DNA of 64,000 bases from an uncultured delta proteobacterium (lineage in GTDB: Bacteria > Desulfobacterota > Desulfuromonadia > Geobacterales > Pseudopelobacteraceae): positions 96,001-160,000 of the forward strand of contig CAVYYZ010000002.1 in the NCBI GenBank assembly GCA_963772835.1, given 5' to 3'. The stretch's first letter is position 1, and each line of letters begins with the position of its first letter. The notes below the pieces were generated by a model. That model made no database searches and had not been told where the DNA came from. It worked only from the letters and a program-made list of their open reading frames with translations. The translations under genes and the position numbers were made by a program. This document shows, one piece after another, positions 40,087 through 50,487 of this stretch.

Positions 40087-40902
40087 TCAAATCAAATTGG
40101 TTCCCGTCTGGTGTAATGACCCGATAAACCGTGCCATCCCTTCGAGCGTCGCCTCTCGTGCCTGAAGGTGCGGTGAATGAGCACAGTCAGGTAAAATATA
40201 CGTTTCCACCCGTCCGGAGGCCCCTCTCACAATCGCATCAACTTGTGCCAGAGTCCCGTATTCATCGTTTTCTCCCTGTATGACCTGCAGGGGACAGGTT
40301 ATGCAGGGCAGAGCCGCCTGCATATTCCAACCCGCGTTCTCCGGTAATAACCAGATGTCAGCCCATCCCTGAAACATTGAATCGGTCTGATCACCATGAT
40401 ACCTGGCAAGCTTTTTCCGAAGAATTCCACCTCTGAAGTCTTTCACTGTTTTACGGATGCTGTCCAAAGTTAATTCTTCGCCAAAAAGATGCGCCGCTTC
40501 GACGATAACTCCAACCGGACTTTCAGGAAAGCGGGCCGCATACTGCAGTGCTATACTTCCGCCATCACTATGTCCGATCAGAATAGGTTTATGTATGTCA
40601 CATTCCGCCAGAATATCCGGGAGGACATCTTCAGCTTCCCAACAGAAAGGGTTACCACTCCGGCCCCCCTGAAGAGGATCGGAACCTCCTGAGCCGTAAC
40701 GGTCATATATCAAAGCCGGAAGTCCGGTCAACCGGGAAAGCATCCCCGGGAAATCACGCCACATTTCGATACAGCCGAGCCCCTCATGCAGAAAAACCAG
40801 AACCGGTGCCTCCTGCAGACTCATCCCCGAAGGCATGATGGTTCGTGCCCGCAACCTATGCCCGGCAGCCTGCAGGTAAAATGTACTTTCTGCCTGGGTC
40901 AT
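40087..40902 (-). CDS. Alpha/beta hydrolase
   Basis: FLHEGLG, GHSDGG nucleophile elbow, QGENDEYG, CAHSPH. Confidence 0.88.
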   Translation of the reverse strand: MTQAESTFYLQAAGHRLRARTIMPSGMSLQEAPVLVFLHEGLGCIEMWRDFPGMLSRLTGLPALIYDRYGSGGSDPLQGGRSGNPFCWEAEDVLPDILAECDIHKPILIGHSDGGSIALQYAARFPESPVGVIVEAAHLFGEELTLDSIRKTVKDFRGGILRKKLARYHGDQTDSMFQGWADIWLLPENAGWNMQAALPCITCPLQVIQGENDEYGTLAQVDAIVRGASGRVETYILPDCAHSPHLQAREATLEGMARFIGSLHQTGTNLI

Positions 40903-40960
40903 GCGGCGATACCCTTTTCAATCAAACCTTATTGACGGTGTACATCGGTATAATCCGGCT

Positions 40961-42130
40961 CTACGCTGCCGTCTCACTAAAAAGCTCCCGCCCGATCAGC
41001 ATCCGCCGGATCTCGCTGGTACCCGCTCCGATCTCATACAGCTTTGCATCGCGCAACAACCGACCGGTCGGATATTCATTGATATACCCATTGCCCCCCA
41101 GGATCTGAATAGCTTCAAGAGCCATCCAGGTGGCCTTTTCGGCGGCATACAGGATTGCGCCGGCGGCATCCTTTCTGATCGCATTTTTACCGCTGCAGGC
41201 GTGGGCAACCGCATAGACATAGGCCCGGCAGGCATTCATGGTACTGTACATATCGGCAATTTTACCCTGCATCAACTGGAATTCTCCGATTGCCTTTCCA
41301 AATTGTCTTCGTTCGTGAATATAGGGAATAACAACATCCATACAGGCTCTCATGATTCCGATGGGACCGGCCGCCAGAACCGCACGTTCATAATCCAGAC
41401 CACTCATAAGTATTTTAACGCCATCACCGATATTGCCCATAATATTTTCAACCGGCACTTCACAATCCTCGAACACCAGTTCGCACGTATCAGAACCACG
41501 CATGCCGAGTTTATCAAGTTTTTGAGCGGTAGAAAAACCTTTGAATCCCTTCTCAATCAAAAATGCGGTAATACCTTTAGAGCCGGCATTGATATCGGTC
41601 TTGGCATACACCAGCAGCGTATCGGCATGCGGACCGTTCGTTATCCACATTTTGGTGCCGTTCAGAATAAAGCGGTCACCTTTGCGGTCTGCTCTCAGTC
41701 GCATGCTGACGACATCTGATCCGGCTCCGGCCTCGCTCATCGCAAGGGCGCCGACATGCTCTCCGCTAATCAACCTGGGCAGATACCGCCGTTTTTGCTC
41801 CTCACTGGCGTTTCGGTATATCTGGTTAATACAGAGATTTGAATGTGCGCCATACGCAAGTGCAACGGCTGCTGAGGCGCGACTGATTTCCTCAATTGCT
41901 ACGACATGTTCCAGATACGTCATCCCGGCCCCGCCATACTCCTCGGAGACAGTAATGCCATGCAGTCCCAGAGCACCCATTTTGCACCACAGGTCCATTG
42001 GAAAATGATTTTCGCGGTCAATGTCGGCTGCACGGGGAGCTATCTCCGCCCTGGCAAACGCCTTGACCGTATCCCTCAACAAATCAGCGGTATCACCTAG
42101 ATCAAAATTTAATGTCGGATATGAACTCAT
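40961..42130 (-). CDS. liuA: Isovaleryl-CoA dehydrogenase
   Basis: [46 protein letters not shown]. Start placed at 42130. Confidence 0.93.
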   Translation of the reverse strand: MSSYPTLNFDLGDTADLLRDTVKAFARAEIAPRAADIDRENHFPMDLWCKMGALGLHGITVSEEYGGAGMTYLEHVVAIEEISRASAAVALAYGAHSNLCINQIYRNASEEQKRRYLPRLISGEHVGALAMSEAGAGSDVVSMRLRADRKGDRFILNGTKMWITNGPHADTLLVYAKTDINAGSKGITAFLIEKGFKGFSTAQKLDKLGMRGSDTCELVFEDCEVPVENIMGNIGDGVKILMSGLDYERAVLAAGPIGIMRACMDVVIPYIHERRQFGKAIGEFQLMQGKIADMYSTMNACRAYVYAVAHACSGKNAIRKDAAGAILYAAEKATWMALEAIQILGGNGYINEYPTGRLLRDAKLYEIGAGTSEIRRMLIGRELFSETAA

Positions 42131-42176
42131 CTGAGATCTCCCTTGAACGCTGAGCATCTGAGCTCGCTGCCAGCAT

Positions 42177-42218
42177 CTTACGTAAAGGTAACATAATTCA
42201 GGAAACTATTTCTGTCAA
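42177..42218 (-). promoter_or_regulatory. Sigma70 promoter of the liu operon with adjacent LiuR-type box
   Basis: Minus strand TTGACA-17 nt-TATGTT immediately followed by acCTTTACGTAAG. Confidence 0.75.
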
Positions 42219-42432
42219 ACATTATTTTGGTAATCTCAAAACAAGTCATATTTATCGACTACACCCTACCATGCTTCGAGTATGCATTTACGGGAACAAG
42301 GACTTTGTAGCCCTCGTATTAAAGGCTCTGTTCGAACTCATGGTCCAATTTATTCACAGCTGAAATAGATAAAATTGTGTTACACAACAGCCGTCAGCAC
42401 ATTGAACAGAGAAGATTTAAAAGACATCACAA

Positions 42433-43245
42433 TCATGTCCCGGAATAGACTCCGGAGCGCTTTTCCATAAATGCCTTGATCGCTTCTACATGGTCATCTG
42501 TGTCATGTGCCATAGCTTGAAAGCACGCACATAAATCAAGAAAATCCGAAAGAGTACCACGCTGGCCGTATTTGAGAAGTCGCTTGGTCAGGCGCACCGC
42601 ACGTGGCGGCTTCGAAGCAATCTGAGCGGCCAGTTCCAAGGCCCGGTGGAGCAATTGATCAGGCTCAGTAACTTCAAGCAGGATTCCGAGATTCAGCGCT
42701 TCCTCCGCAGAAATACGCCTCCCTGTCAAAGTGAGCTCAGCAGCCCGTTGATACCCGATCAGACGCTGGAGAAACCAGGCTCCGCCGTCTCCCGGGACTA
42801 TACCGAGATTAATAAACGTCTCTCCCATAACAGCTGAGCTTGAAGCAAGCCGCAAATCACACATGCAGGCAAGATCAAACCCCGCACCGATTGCAGGTCC
42901 ATTTATCGCCGCTATGACGGGAATTTCTGCAGTTTCCATGGCAAGCGGCATCCGCTGAATGCCACGTCGGTACTTATCCTGAATCTGATGGGTTGTACCG
43001 CTGAATGTGCCGCATTTTTCACTCATTTCCCGTACGTTGCCACCGGATGAGAATGCGGAACCTGCTCCGGTTAAAACCAACACTGATATTTCCTCGGCAC
43101 GGTTTACCCAGGCAAGCGTCAGCAGAATATCCTCAACCAGCGCGGTACCGGTCAGAGCGTTACGCAGGTCATCGCGACCAAAGACAAGCAAGGCGACTCG
43201 ATCGTGTATTTCAAGTGCAGAATCTTTTAGAACCGGCTTTTCCAT
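42433..43245 (-). CDS. Crotonase-superfamily enoyl-CoA hydratase/isomerase
   Basis: AFSSGGN, INGPAIGAGFDLAC, LGIVPGDGG. Start placed at ATG 43245 (GGGAG RBS). Confidence 0.85.
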   Translation of the reverse strand: MEKPVLKDSALEIHDRVALLVFGRDDLRNALTGTALVEDILLTLAWVNRAEEISVLVLTGAGSAFSSGGNVREMSEKCGTFSGTTHQIQDKYRRGIQRMPLAMETAEIPVIAAINGPAIGAGFDLACMCDLRLASSSAVMGETFINLGIVPGDGGAWFLQRLIGYQRAAELTLTGRRISAEEALNLGILLEVTEPDQLLHRALELAAQIASKPPRAVRLTKRLLKYGQRGTLSDFLDLCACFQAMAHDTDDHVEAIKAFMEKRSGVYSGT

Positions 43246-43291
43246 CCATTTTCTCCCGTTTGAATGTGTCACTATTACTGTACGCCATCAA

Positions 43292-43322
43292 AATGTATCG
43301 TTGACCTTACGTATATGTCAAC
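43292..43322 (-). promoter_or_regulatory. Promoter with a palindromic LiuR/MerR-type box in the spacer
   Basis: GTTGAC-CTTACGTATAT-GTCAAC at 43300-43322; minus strand TTGACA-18 nt-TACATT. Confidence 0.7.
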
Positions 43323-43465
43323 ACAAAATAAAACAATTTTTTGTATTATCAATATTTTGTTTGACAGGTGAAGGCAAACAGTGATATTTCGATAACCATG
43401 CCTGCATCAGAGTTCAATACATACCATTAAATATCCGCATTAATCGTAGTGTTACGAAGATACTT

Positions 43466-43477
43466 CTTTACGTTAAG
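43466..43477 (+). promoter_or_regulatory. LiuR-type box upstream of the ABC/ligase operon
   Basis: CTTTACGTTAAG. Confidence 0.6.
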
Positions 43478-43559
43478 GGCAGAAACCTCACATCTACAAT
43501 TAGACGCATCTCAGTAATACCATCGTTTTATAGGGCCAATAATACAAGGAGTTGATTCG

Positions 43560-44336
43560 ATGGTTCAGCTTTCGTGCAGCGACATACAGCTCAATTTCGG
43601 TGGGGTGCGGGCTCTTTCCGGCGTATCCTTTGAAGTCCAACAAGGCGAGATTTTTGCTATCATCGGCCCCAACGGTGCCGGTAAATCTTCCATGCTCAAC
43701 TGCATCAGCGGTCTGTATCATCCGCAGCAGGGCAAAGTTATTTATGAAAACCTTGATATTACCAGGCTCCCTCCGTATGAGAGAACGAAGCGCGGCATGG
43801 CACGCTCATTTCAGAATATTGCCTTGTTCAAAGGGATGAGTGTCATTGACAACCTTATGATCGGCCGTCATCTCCATCAACACACAGGCATGATTTCCGG
43901 AGGACTGTACTACGGTCCGGCACAAGCAGAAGAAACCAGGCATCGCGAATTCTGCGAAGAAATCATTGAATTCCTTGAAATACAGAGCATCCGCAAATCT
44001 ATCGTCGGGACACTAGCATACGGCTTCCAGAAAAGGGTTGAACTGGCACGTGCTCTGGCTCTCGAACCAAAACTGCTTCTCCTCGATGAGCCTATGGCGG
44101 GAATGAATCATGAAGAAACCGAGGACATGGTGCGCTTTATCCTCGAAACCAACGAAGCCCGTGGCATCACGATTATCATGATCGAACATGATATGGGAGT
44201 CGTCATGGATATTTCAAATACCGTCTGTGTGCTCGATTTCGGCAAGAAGATCGCCGGTGGAACTCCCGAAGAAGTGCAAAAGGACCCACACGTAATCAAG
44301 GCCTACCTTGGCGAAGAAGACCCGGAGGAGCTCTAG
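43560..44336 (+). CDS. ABC ATP-binding protein (LivG-like)
   Basis: GPNGAGKSS, LLDEPMAG, IEHDM. Confidence 0.92.
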   Translation: MVQLSCSDIQLNFGGVRALSGVSFEVQQGEIFAIIGPNGAGKSSMLNCISGLYHPQQGKVIYENLDITRLPPYERTKRGMARSFQNIALFKGMSVIDNLMIGRHLHQHTGMISGGLYYGPAQAEETRHREFCEEIIEFLEIQSIRKSIVGTLAYGFQKRVELARALALEPKLLLLDEPMAGMNHEETEDMVRFILETNEARGITIIMIEHDMGVVMDISNTVCVLDFGKKIAGGTPEEVQKDPHVIKAYLGEEDPEEL

Positions 44337-46253
44337 GTGCATACTGATCTCAACAACACAACTTTTCCCAAACTGCTGAAGGCGCAGGCCGCGACGTTTG
44401 GATCGAAGAAAACAGCTCTGCGAAAAAAAGGACTCGGCATTTGGCAGAGCTTCAGTTGGCAGCAGTATTTCGATAATGTCCACATCCTGGCACTTGGTCT
44501 TCACTCGCTTGGCCTCAGACCCGGAGACAAACTCGCCATAATCGGAAACAACCGCCCTGAGTCACTGTTTGCCCAAATCGCTGCACAGGCTGCGGGAGGA
44601 ATAGCTGTTTCACTGTATCAGGATTTAACTCCACGGGAAGTGGCCGATGCGCTTGTAAAATTCGACATCAACTTCGTAATCGCCGAGGACCAAGAGCAGG
44701 TTGACAAAATCCTTGACCAGCAGGAGCGGTTCCCCTCTCTTCGCCGAATCATCTATATCCAGAACCGGGGGATGCGTAAATACCATGACGAATCACTTGT
44801 CAGCTTAGAATCTGTCCGGGATCTTGGTTCGGCACTCGGCTCCCGGGAACCGGAACTTTTTGACACCCTGATCGCGGCAGGAAACGGTGATGACACGGCT
44901 ATCATTTGCCTGACCTCGGGTACTTCGGGGCCTACGAAGGGCGCAATGCTTTCCTTCACAAACCTGATCAGTATGTGCATTGCCTTCGATGAAGCGGACC
45001 CGAAAAACTCACAGGATGAATTTGTATCACTTCTACCGCTTGCCTGGTTCGGCGAACAGCTTATGTCTGTTGCCGCGCCGCTTGTAGTCGGTTATACGGT
45101 CAACTTTCCTGAAAAGCAGGAAACTGCCATGGCTGATCTTCGTGAAATCGGACCGCACCTGATGCTCTCCCCTCCTAAAGTATGGGAATCTATTGCTGCC
45201 ACAGTACGCGTCAGGATGATGGACTCGACTCCGTTTAAAAAATTTATGTTTAATACGTTCATGCCGATCGGTGAACGCTATGCCGACTGTGTGTTGGCCG
45301 GCACATCACCATCGCTCTCTCTAAGGACAGGTCGTTTTTTTGCTGACATACTCCTTTTCAGAGCCCTCAAGGACAGGCTTGGTCTTTCCAATATCCGTTC
45401 AGCCCTGACCGGAGGAGCCTCACTCGGGACCAACGTTTTCAGATTTTTTCATGCAATCGGTGTCAACCTGAAACAGCTGTACGGACAGACGGAGATCTCC
45501 GGAGCATCCTGTATGCATCGCAACGGCGATGTGAGAGCGGCCACCGTCGGTTTACCGCTACCCGGTTCCGAGATAAGAATTGGGGAGGATGGAGAAATCC
45601 TTTCCCGAAGCGCAGGAGTTTTCAAAGGGTATTATGGCGATGAAGAGTCTACCCGAATGGCGGTTACTGCAGATGGCTGGCTGAGATCAGGCGATGCCGG
45701 ATATTTGGATTCAAGCGGTCACCTTACTATTACAGACCGGATAACAGATATTTTAACCTTTTCTGACGGCTCACATTTTTCGGCACAGCAGATTGAAAAC
45801 AACCTCCGCTTTTCACCGTATATCGCCGAAGCGATCGTTTTTGGTGGCAACGACGTTCCTCTGGTTGCCTTGATCGGCATTACCAGTCGGGTTGTTGGAA
45901 AATGGGCTGGCGACAACAAATTATCTTACATGACTTTTGCCGACCTGACTTCGAGACCAGAAGTAATAGACTTAATAGCCGGCGAAGTTGCCGCAGCGAA
46001 TACTGCGATGCCCCCACAGGCCCAAATTGTCCGCTTTGCAATTATATACAAAGAACTTGATGCCGATGAAGGAGAATTGACCCGTACCGGAAAGATACGC
46101 AGGCAAACCGTCGGAACCATTTACAAAGAACTTGTCGACGCACTCCACTCGGGGATTAATACTGTCCCCATCGACACCACCATAGAATTTCCAGACGGCA
46201 AAACAGGGCATATTATGACCACCGTTACCATCAGAACAACCCACGCGGAGTAA
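44337..46253 (+). CDS. Long-chain acyl-CoA synthetase-like protein embedded in the ABC operon
   Basis: TSGTSGPTKG, YGQTE, GWLRSGDAG, ELTRTGKIRR. Confidence 0.88.
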   Translation: MHTDLNNTTFPKLLKAQAATFGSKKTALRKKGLGIWQSFSWQQYFDNVHILALGLHSLGLRPGDKLAIIGNNRPESLFAQIAAQAAGGIAVSLYQDLTPREVADALVKFDINFVIAEDQEQVDKILDQQERFPSLRRIIYIQNRGMRKYHDESLVSLESVRDLGSALGSREPELFDTLIAAGNGDDTAIICLTSGTSGPTKGAMLSFTNLISMCIAFDEADPKNSQDEFVSLLPLAWFGEQLMSVAAPLVVGYTVNFPEKQETAMADLREIGPHLMLSPPKVWESIAATVRVRMMDSTPFKKFMFNTFMPIGERYADCVLAGTSPSLSLRTGRFFADILLFRALKDRLGLSNIRSALTGGASLGTNVFRFFHAIGVNLKQLYGQTEISGASCMHRNGDVRAATVGLPLPGSEIRIGEDGEILSRSAGVFKGYYGDEESTRMAVTADGWLRSGDAGYLDSSGHLTITDRITDILTFSDGSHFSAQQIENNLRFSPYIAEAIVFGGNDVPLVALIGITSRVVGKWAGDNKLSYMTFADLTSRPEVIDLIAGEVAAANTAMPPQAQIVRFAIIYKELDADEGELTRTGKIRRQTVGTIYKELVDALHSGINTVPIDTTIEFPDGKTGHIMTTVTIRTTHAE

Positions 46254-46258
46254 TCACT

Positions 46259-47152
46259 ATGGACATCACCTTTCTCCTGCAACTTCTTATCAATGGTATC
46301 GTGGTCGGCAGCATTTATGCTCTGGTAGCCACCGGATTTGTTATCATATACAAGGCCACCAGTGCGCTTAATCTGGCTCAGGGAGAGTTTTTGATGGTTG
46401 GCGCGTATATTTGCCTTAACCTTCTCTCGAAACATCAGATACCGTTTTGGCAGGCTATCCTGATCACATTTGCATTTTCTGCTCTCCTCGGGGCCGTTAT
46501 CGAACGCCTGATTCTTCGCCCATTGATCGGTTCTCATCTGATTTCCGTGATTATGGTTACCCTTGGACTCTCAAGCATTCTTAAAGCACTGATTCAACTT
46601 GCGTACGGTACTGACACCATACCTTTTCCCGAGGTATTTCCGAGTGCACCGGTACAAATCGGCCCGATCCCGGTTTCACAGGGTTATCTGTATGCCATCG
46701 GCTGTGTAACAATTCTGGTCACACTTCTGACATCGTTCTTCAAATATTCAAAAACTGGCGTAGCGATGCGGGCAACAGCTTCAAGCCAGCAGGTTGCCCT
46801 CTCAATGGGTATAAGCGTTAAGAAGATGTTTGCCATTTCCTGGGCTATCGCCGCCATTGTTTCAGCCATGGGCGGCATTCTACTCGGTACGATCCGTGGC
46901 GGAATAGATATGTCACTGAGTTTTATGGGTCTTAAAGTTCTGCCGGTTGTTATTTTAGGGGGGCTTGACAGCATTCTCGGAGCCATCGTAGGAGGACTCA
47001 TCATCGGCATACTGGAGAATTTTTCCGGTGGGTACATCGACCCTCTGGTCGGTGGCGGTGCCAAGGAAGTCGCCCCGTATATCGCTCTGATTCTGATTCT
47101 GATGTTTAAACCATACGGACTGTTCGGCAAAAAGAAAATTGAGCGGGTCTAG
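46259..47152 (+). CDS. ABC permease (LivH-like)
   Basis: GSIYALVATGF...NLAQGE; ILGGLDS. Confidence 0.92.
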   Translation: MDITFLLQLLINGIVVGSIYALVATGFVIIYKATSALNLAQGEFLMVGAYICLNLLSKHQIPFWQAILITFAFSALLGAVIERLILRPLIGSHLISVIMVTLGLSSILKALIQLAYGTDTIPFPEVFPSAPVQIGPIPVSQGYLYAIGCVTILVTLLTSFFKYSKTGVAMRATASSQQVALSMGISVKKMFAISWAIAAIVSAMGGILLGTIRGGIDMSLSFMGLKVLPVVILGGLDSILGAIVGGLIIGILENFSGGYIDPLVGGGAKEVAPYIALILILMFKPYGLFGKKKIERV

Positions 47153-47252
47153 TTTTCACCTGGCACTATCATTAACCGGAACTGTGCGTTAAAGAGACCG
47201 GTTCTCGAAGTAATTGTAACTATTATTTTTAACTTACTCAATGTGAGGTGTT

Positions 47253-48296
47253 ATGCGGTGCGGTGACTTCAAAACTTCCTATACGGCAGACATGACAATC
47301 TTTGAATCTAGATCGGCGCGAGTCATGCTGGTCATTTTTCTCTGTTTTCTTTTTACCCTTCCGCTATACACTCCCGGTTACCTGCTGGACATCATCAACC
47401 GGATCGGCATCGCGATTATCGGAGCTGTCGGTCTCAACATTCTGACCGGCTTCACCGGCCAGATATCACTCGGAAATGCCGCGTTCATGGCGATCGGTGC
47501 CTTTTCATGCGGTTATCTCGGTACACGATTCAATATCCCCTTCTATCTCTGCATCCCTCTGGCAGGCCTTATTACCGCATCGTTCGGAATGTTTGTCGGC
47601 ATCCCTTCGCTCCGGATCAAGGGACTCTATCTTGCAATGGCAACATTGGCAGCCCATTTTATCGTGGAGTTTATTATCGTCAAATGGGAATCTGTAACCG
47701 GTGGTGTCAATGGAATCACAATTCCAACCCCTGCCCTGGGGAGTTATGCACTTGACTCTGACGCTCGATTATTTGTGCTGATATTTGTTATTGTTATCCT
47801 GGCTGTGCTGTTTGCAACAAATCTGTTTCGTACCAAAGTCGGCAAAGCATTTGTGGCAATTCGTGATCAGGCTATCTCGGCGGAGGTTATGGGAGTCAAT
47901 ATTCTGAAATACAAACTCTTCTCTTTCGGTATCAGCTCATTTTATGTCGGCGTAGCAGGTGCTTTGATTGCCTATCAGTCAAGAATCATCTCCCCTGAGT
48001 CATTTCCGGTTTCCTTGGCAATAGACTATCTCGGTATGATTATTATCGGCGGTCTTGGCAGTATTCTTGGATCAATCTATGGTGCAATCTTTATCAAACT
48101 ACTGCCCGAACTACTAAGAATGGTTACTACTTCGCTCTCTGGCTCCTATCCCGAACTGATCTACAAATTTGCTGCAATGAAAGAACTGATATTTGGAACG
48201 CTGGTAATTGTTTTTCTGATTTTTGAGCCAAACGGCATGGCGTCCCGATGGCACAGCATAAAAAAATACTGGAAGCTCTACCCGTTTTCACATTGA
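47253..48296 (+). CDS. ABC permease (LivM-like)
   Basis: GLNILTGFTGQISLG, GLYLAMATLA, IIGGLGS. Confidence 0.92.
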   Translation: MRCGDFKTSYTADMTIFESRSARVMLVIFLCFLFTLPLYTPGYLLDIINRIGIAIIGAVGLNILTGFTGQISLGNAAFMAIGAFSCGYLGTRFNIPFYLCIPLAGLITASFGMFVGIPSLRIKGLYLAMATLAAHFIVEFIIVKWESVTGGVNGITIPTPALGSYALDSDARLFVLIFVIVILAVLFATNLFRTKVGKAFVAIRDQAISAEVMGVNILKYKLFSFGISSFYVGVAGALIAYQSRIISPESFPVSLAIDYLGMIIIGGLGSILGSIYGAIFIKLLPELLRMVTTSLSGSYPELIYKFAAMKELIFGTLVIVFLIFEPNGMASRWHSIKKYWKLYPFSH

Positions 48297-48398
48297 TACT
48301 ATTAGATTAGTGAAAACAGCTCATTAGGGAAAGCAGGGACATCTCGCTTTACAGCAAGATGATATTCTTAAGGCAGCACAACTGAAAGGGAGGTACGT

Positions 48399-49580
48399 AT
48401 GAAACTGAGCAGAATTGTGGCTTCATTGGTAGCGGTACTTGTAGCGGCATCGGCATCATTTGCAGCGGAGACGATAAAAGTCGGCGGGTTATGGGATTTG
48501 ACCGGCGTGACTGCCGACGTTGGCAAACCGTTCGCCCAAGGGGTTCAGGATGCTATTGCCTATGTTAATTCAAAGGGCGGAGTTAACGGCAAGCAGATCG
48601 AACTGATAAATGTTGATTATGCGTACAAGATTCCTCAGGCCAACGCCACCTACAAAAAGTTTGTCCAACAGGACAAAGTTGTCATGATCAACGGGTGGGG
48701 GACAGGCGACACAGAAGCTTTGAAAAATATTATTACCCAAGACAAGATCCCCTATTTTTCAGCATCCTACTCCGGTCACCTGACTGACCCGACCAAAACA
48801 CCCTATAACTTTTTCGTCGGTGCCAGCTATTCTGATCAGATTCGCGGATTTCTGCAATTCGTTAAAAAGGATTACAAAGGGAAGGGTGCTCCCAAAGTGG
48901 CCTTTATCTATCCCAATCACGGCTTCGGCAAAGCTCCGATTGAAGCCGGCAGACAGTACGCTAAAGAGTTAGGAATTCAGGTTGTTCACGAAGAAATAAT
49001 TCCGGCCAGTTTTCAGGATGCAACCTCAAATCTACTCAATATGCAAAAAGCAGCACCTGATTATGCCTATGTTCAGGATACCGTTTCATGGTGCGCAGTA
49101 CTCCTCAAGGATGCAAAAAAACTTGGCATCAAAACAACATTTTTCCTGGGTAATTACGGTATGACCGAAGCCCTTCCACTGCTTGCTAAAGACGCTGCCG
49201 AAGGGGTCTATGGTATGGCGACACACGCTCCCTATGGAGCACATGTTCCCGGCATGAAAGTGATCACTGACTGGAACAAGAAACACCCGTCAAATGATTC
49301 TCATGACACTGTCTATGTACGTGGCTGGTCGTATGGGCTCGTCTGGTCAGAAGGCCTCAAGATTGCAGACAAGAACAAACAGTTGAATGGTGAGGGTGTT
49401 AAGAACGCTCTCGAAACACTGCATAATTTTGATACAGGCGGTCTTGTACCACCAATTACCTACACTTCCACAGATCATCGTCCGACCACAAAAACAACCA
49501 TATATGTTATTAAAGGTGGCAAAATGACCAAGGTTGAGGATGTTGAAATACCACGCAAGAAAGAGTATCTGGGGTTATAA
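48399..49580 (+). CDS. ABC substrate-binding protein (HAAT family)
   Basis: Signal peptide; DLTGVTADVG; GWGTGDTEAL. Confidence 0.9.
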   Translation: MKLSRIVASLVAVLVAASASFAAETIKVGGLWDLTGVTADVGKPFAQGVQDAIAYVNSKGGVNGKQIELINVDYAYKIPQANATYKKFVQQDKVVMINGWGTGDTEALKNIITQDKIPYFSASYSGHLTDPTKTPYNFFVGASYSDQIRGFLQFVKKDYKGKGAPKVAFIYPNHGFGKAPIEAGRQYAKELGIQVVHEEIIPASFQDATSNLLNMQKAAPDYAYVQDTVSWCAVLLKDAKKLGIKTTFFLGNYGMTEALPLLAKDAAEGVYGMATHAPYGAHVPGMKVITDWNKKHPSNDSHDTVYVRGWSYGLVWSEGLKIADKNKQLNGEGVKNALETLHNFDTGGLVPPITYTSTDHRPTTKTTIYVIKGGKMTKVEDVEIPRKKEYLGL

Positions 49581-49599
49581 TCAATCTGAACTTTTAATC

Positions 49600-49624
49600 A
49601 GGGGGGCATTACGCCCCCCTCTTT
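49600..49624 (+). terminator. GC hairpin after the SBP gene (partial terminator or mRNA stabiliser)
   Basis: AGGGGGGC-attac-GCCCCCCT followed by cttt. Confidence 0.55.
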
Positions 49625-49645
49625 AAAAAAACGAGGCACGCAAAC

Positions 49646-50437
49646 ATGCTCACCATCAGTAATGCAGAAGTAATTTACAACCGCGTAATCCTGGTACTCA
49701 AAGGGCTTTCTCTGCATGTACCTGAAGGAAAGATTGTGGCATTGCTGGGAGCTAATGGAGCCGGTAAAAGCACTACTCTCAAAGCTATATCAGGGCTTCT
49801 CAAGTCAGAGGAGGGAGAGGTTTCAGCAGGTTCAATCGATTTTATGGGCGAACGCATCAATAACCTGGATCCTGAGGAAATCGTAAGAAAAGGAATCTTT
49901 CAGGTAATGGAAGGGCGCAGAGTTTTCGATGATCTGACCGTAGATGAAAATCTTGTTGTCGGTGGACATACCCGCAAGGATTCGGCCGGTTTCAAACGAG
50001 ACAAGGACCTGGTCTATGATTACTTTCCCCGTCTTCGTGAACGTAGCAACCAGTTATCCGGTTTCCTGAGCGGTGGAGAACAACAGATGCTTGCCATCGG
50101 CAGGGCACTTATGGCACGACCAAAGCTGATGCTGCTCGATGAGCCGTCACTTGGCATTGCACCATTGCTTGTTCAGGAAATATTCCAACTTATAAAAAAA
50201 ATAAACTACGAAGAAAAAACAACTATACTATTGGTAGAACAGAACGCCAATGTTGCTTTCAGCATCTGTGATCATGCATACATAATGGAGGGCGGACGGG
50301 TTGCTATGAGTGGCACTGTCGATCAAATGAAATCAAATGAAGATGTCAAAGAGTTTTATCTGGGGATGGGCGAGGGTAAAGAGAAGAAAAACTACCGGGA
50401 CTTAAAGAGTTACAAGAGGCGTAAACGGTGGCTGTAA
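49646..50437 (+). CDS. ABC ATP-binding protein (LivF-like)
   Basis: GANGAGKST, LSGGEQQMLA, LDEPSLG, YKRRKRWL tail. Confidence 0.92.
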   Translation: MLTISNAEVIYNRVILVLKGLSLHVPEGKIVALLGANGAGKSTTLKAISGLLKSEEGEVSAGSIDFMGERINNLDPEEIVRKGIFQVMEGRRVFDDLTVDENLVVGGHTRKDSAGFKRDKDLVYDYFPRLRERSNQLSGFLSGGEQQMLAIGRALMARPKLMLLDEPSLGIAPLLVQEIFQLIKKINYEEKTTILLVEQNANVAFSICDHAYIMEGGRVAMSGTVDQMKSNEDVKEFYLGMGEGKEKKNYRDLKSYKRRKRWL

Positions 50438-50487
50438 CTTTCAGAGCTTAACGGATAAGCCTGCAATAATACGTAAGGAGCCATGTA

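Noticed and set aside
40901..41719. 272-aa plus-strand ORF
   Set aside because: Antisense to isovaleryl-CoA dehydrogenase.
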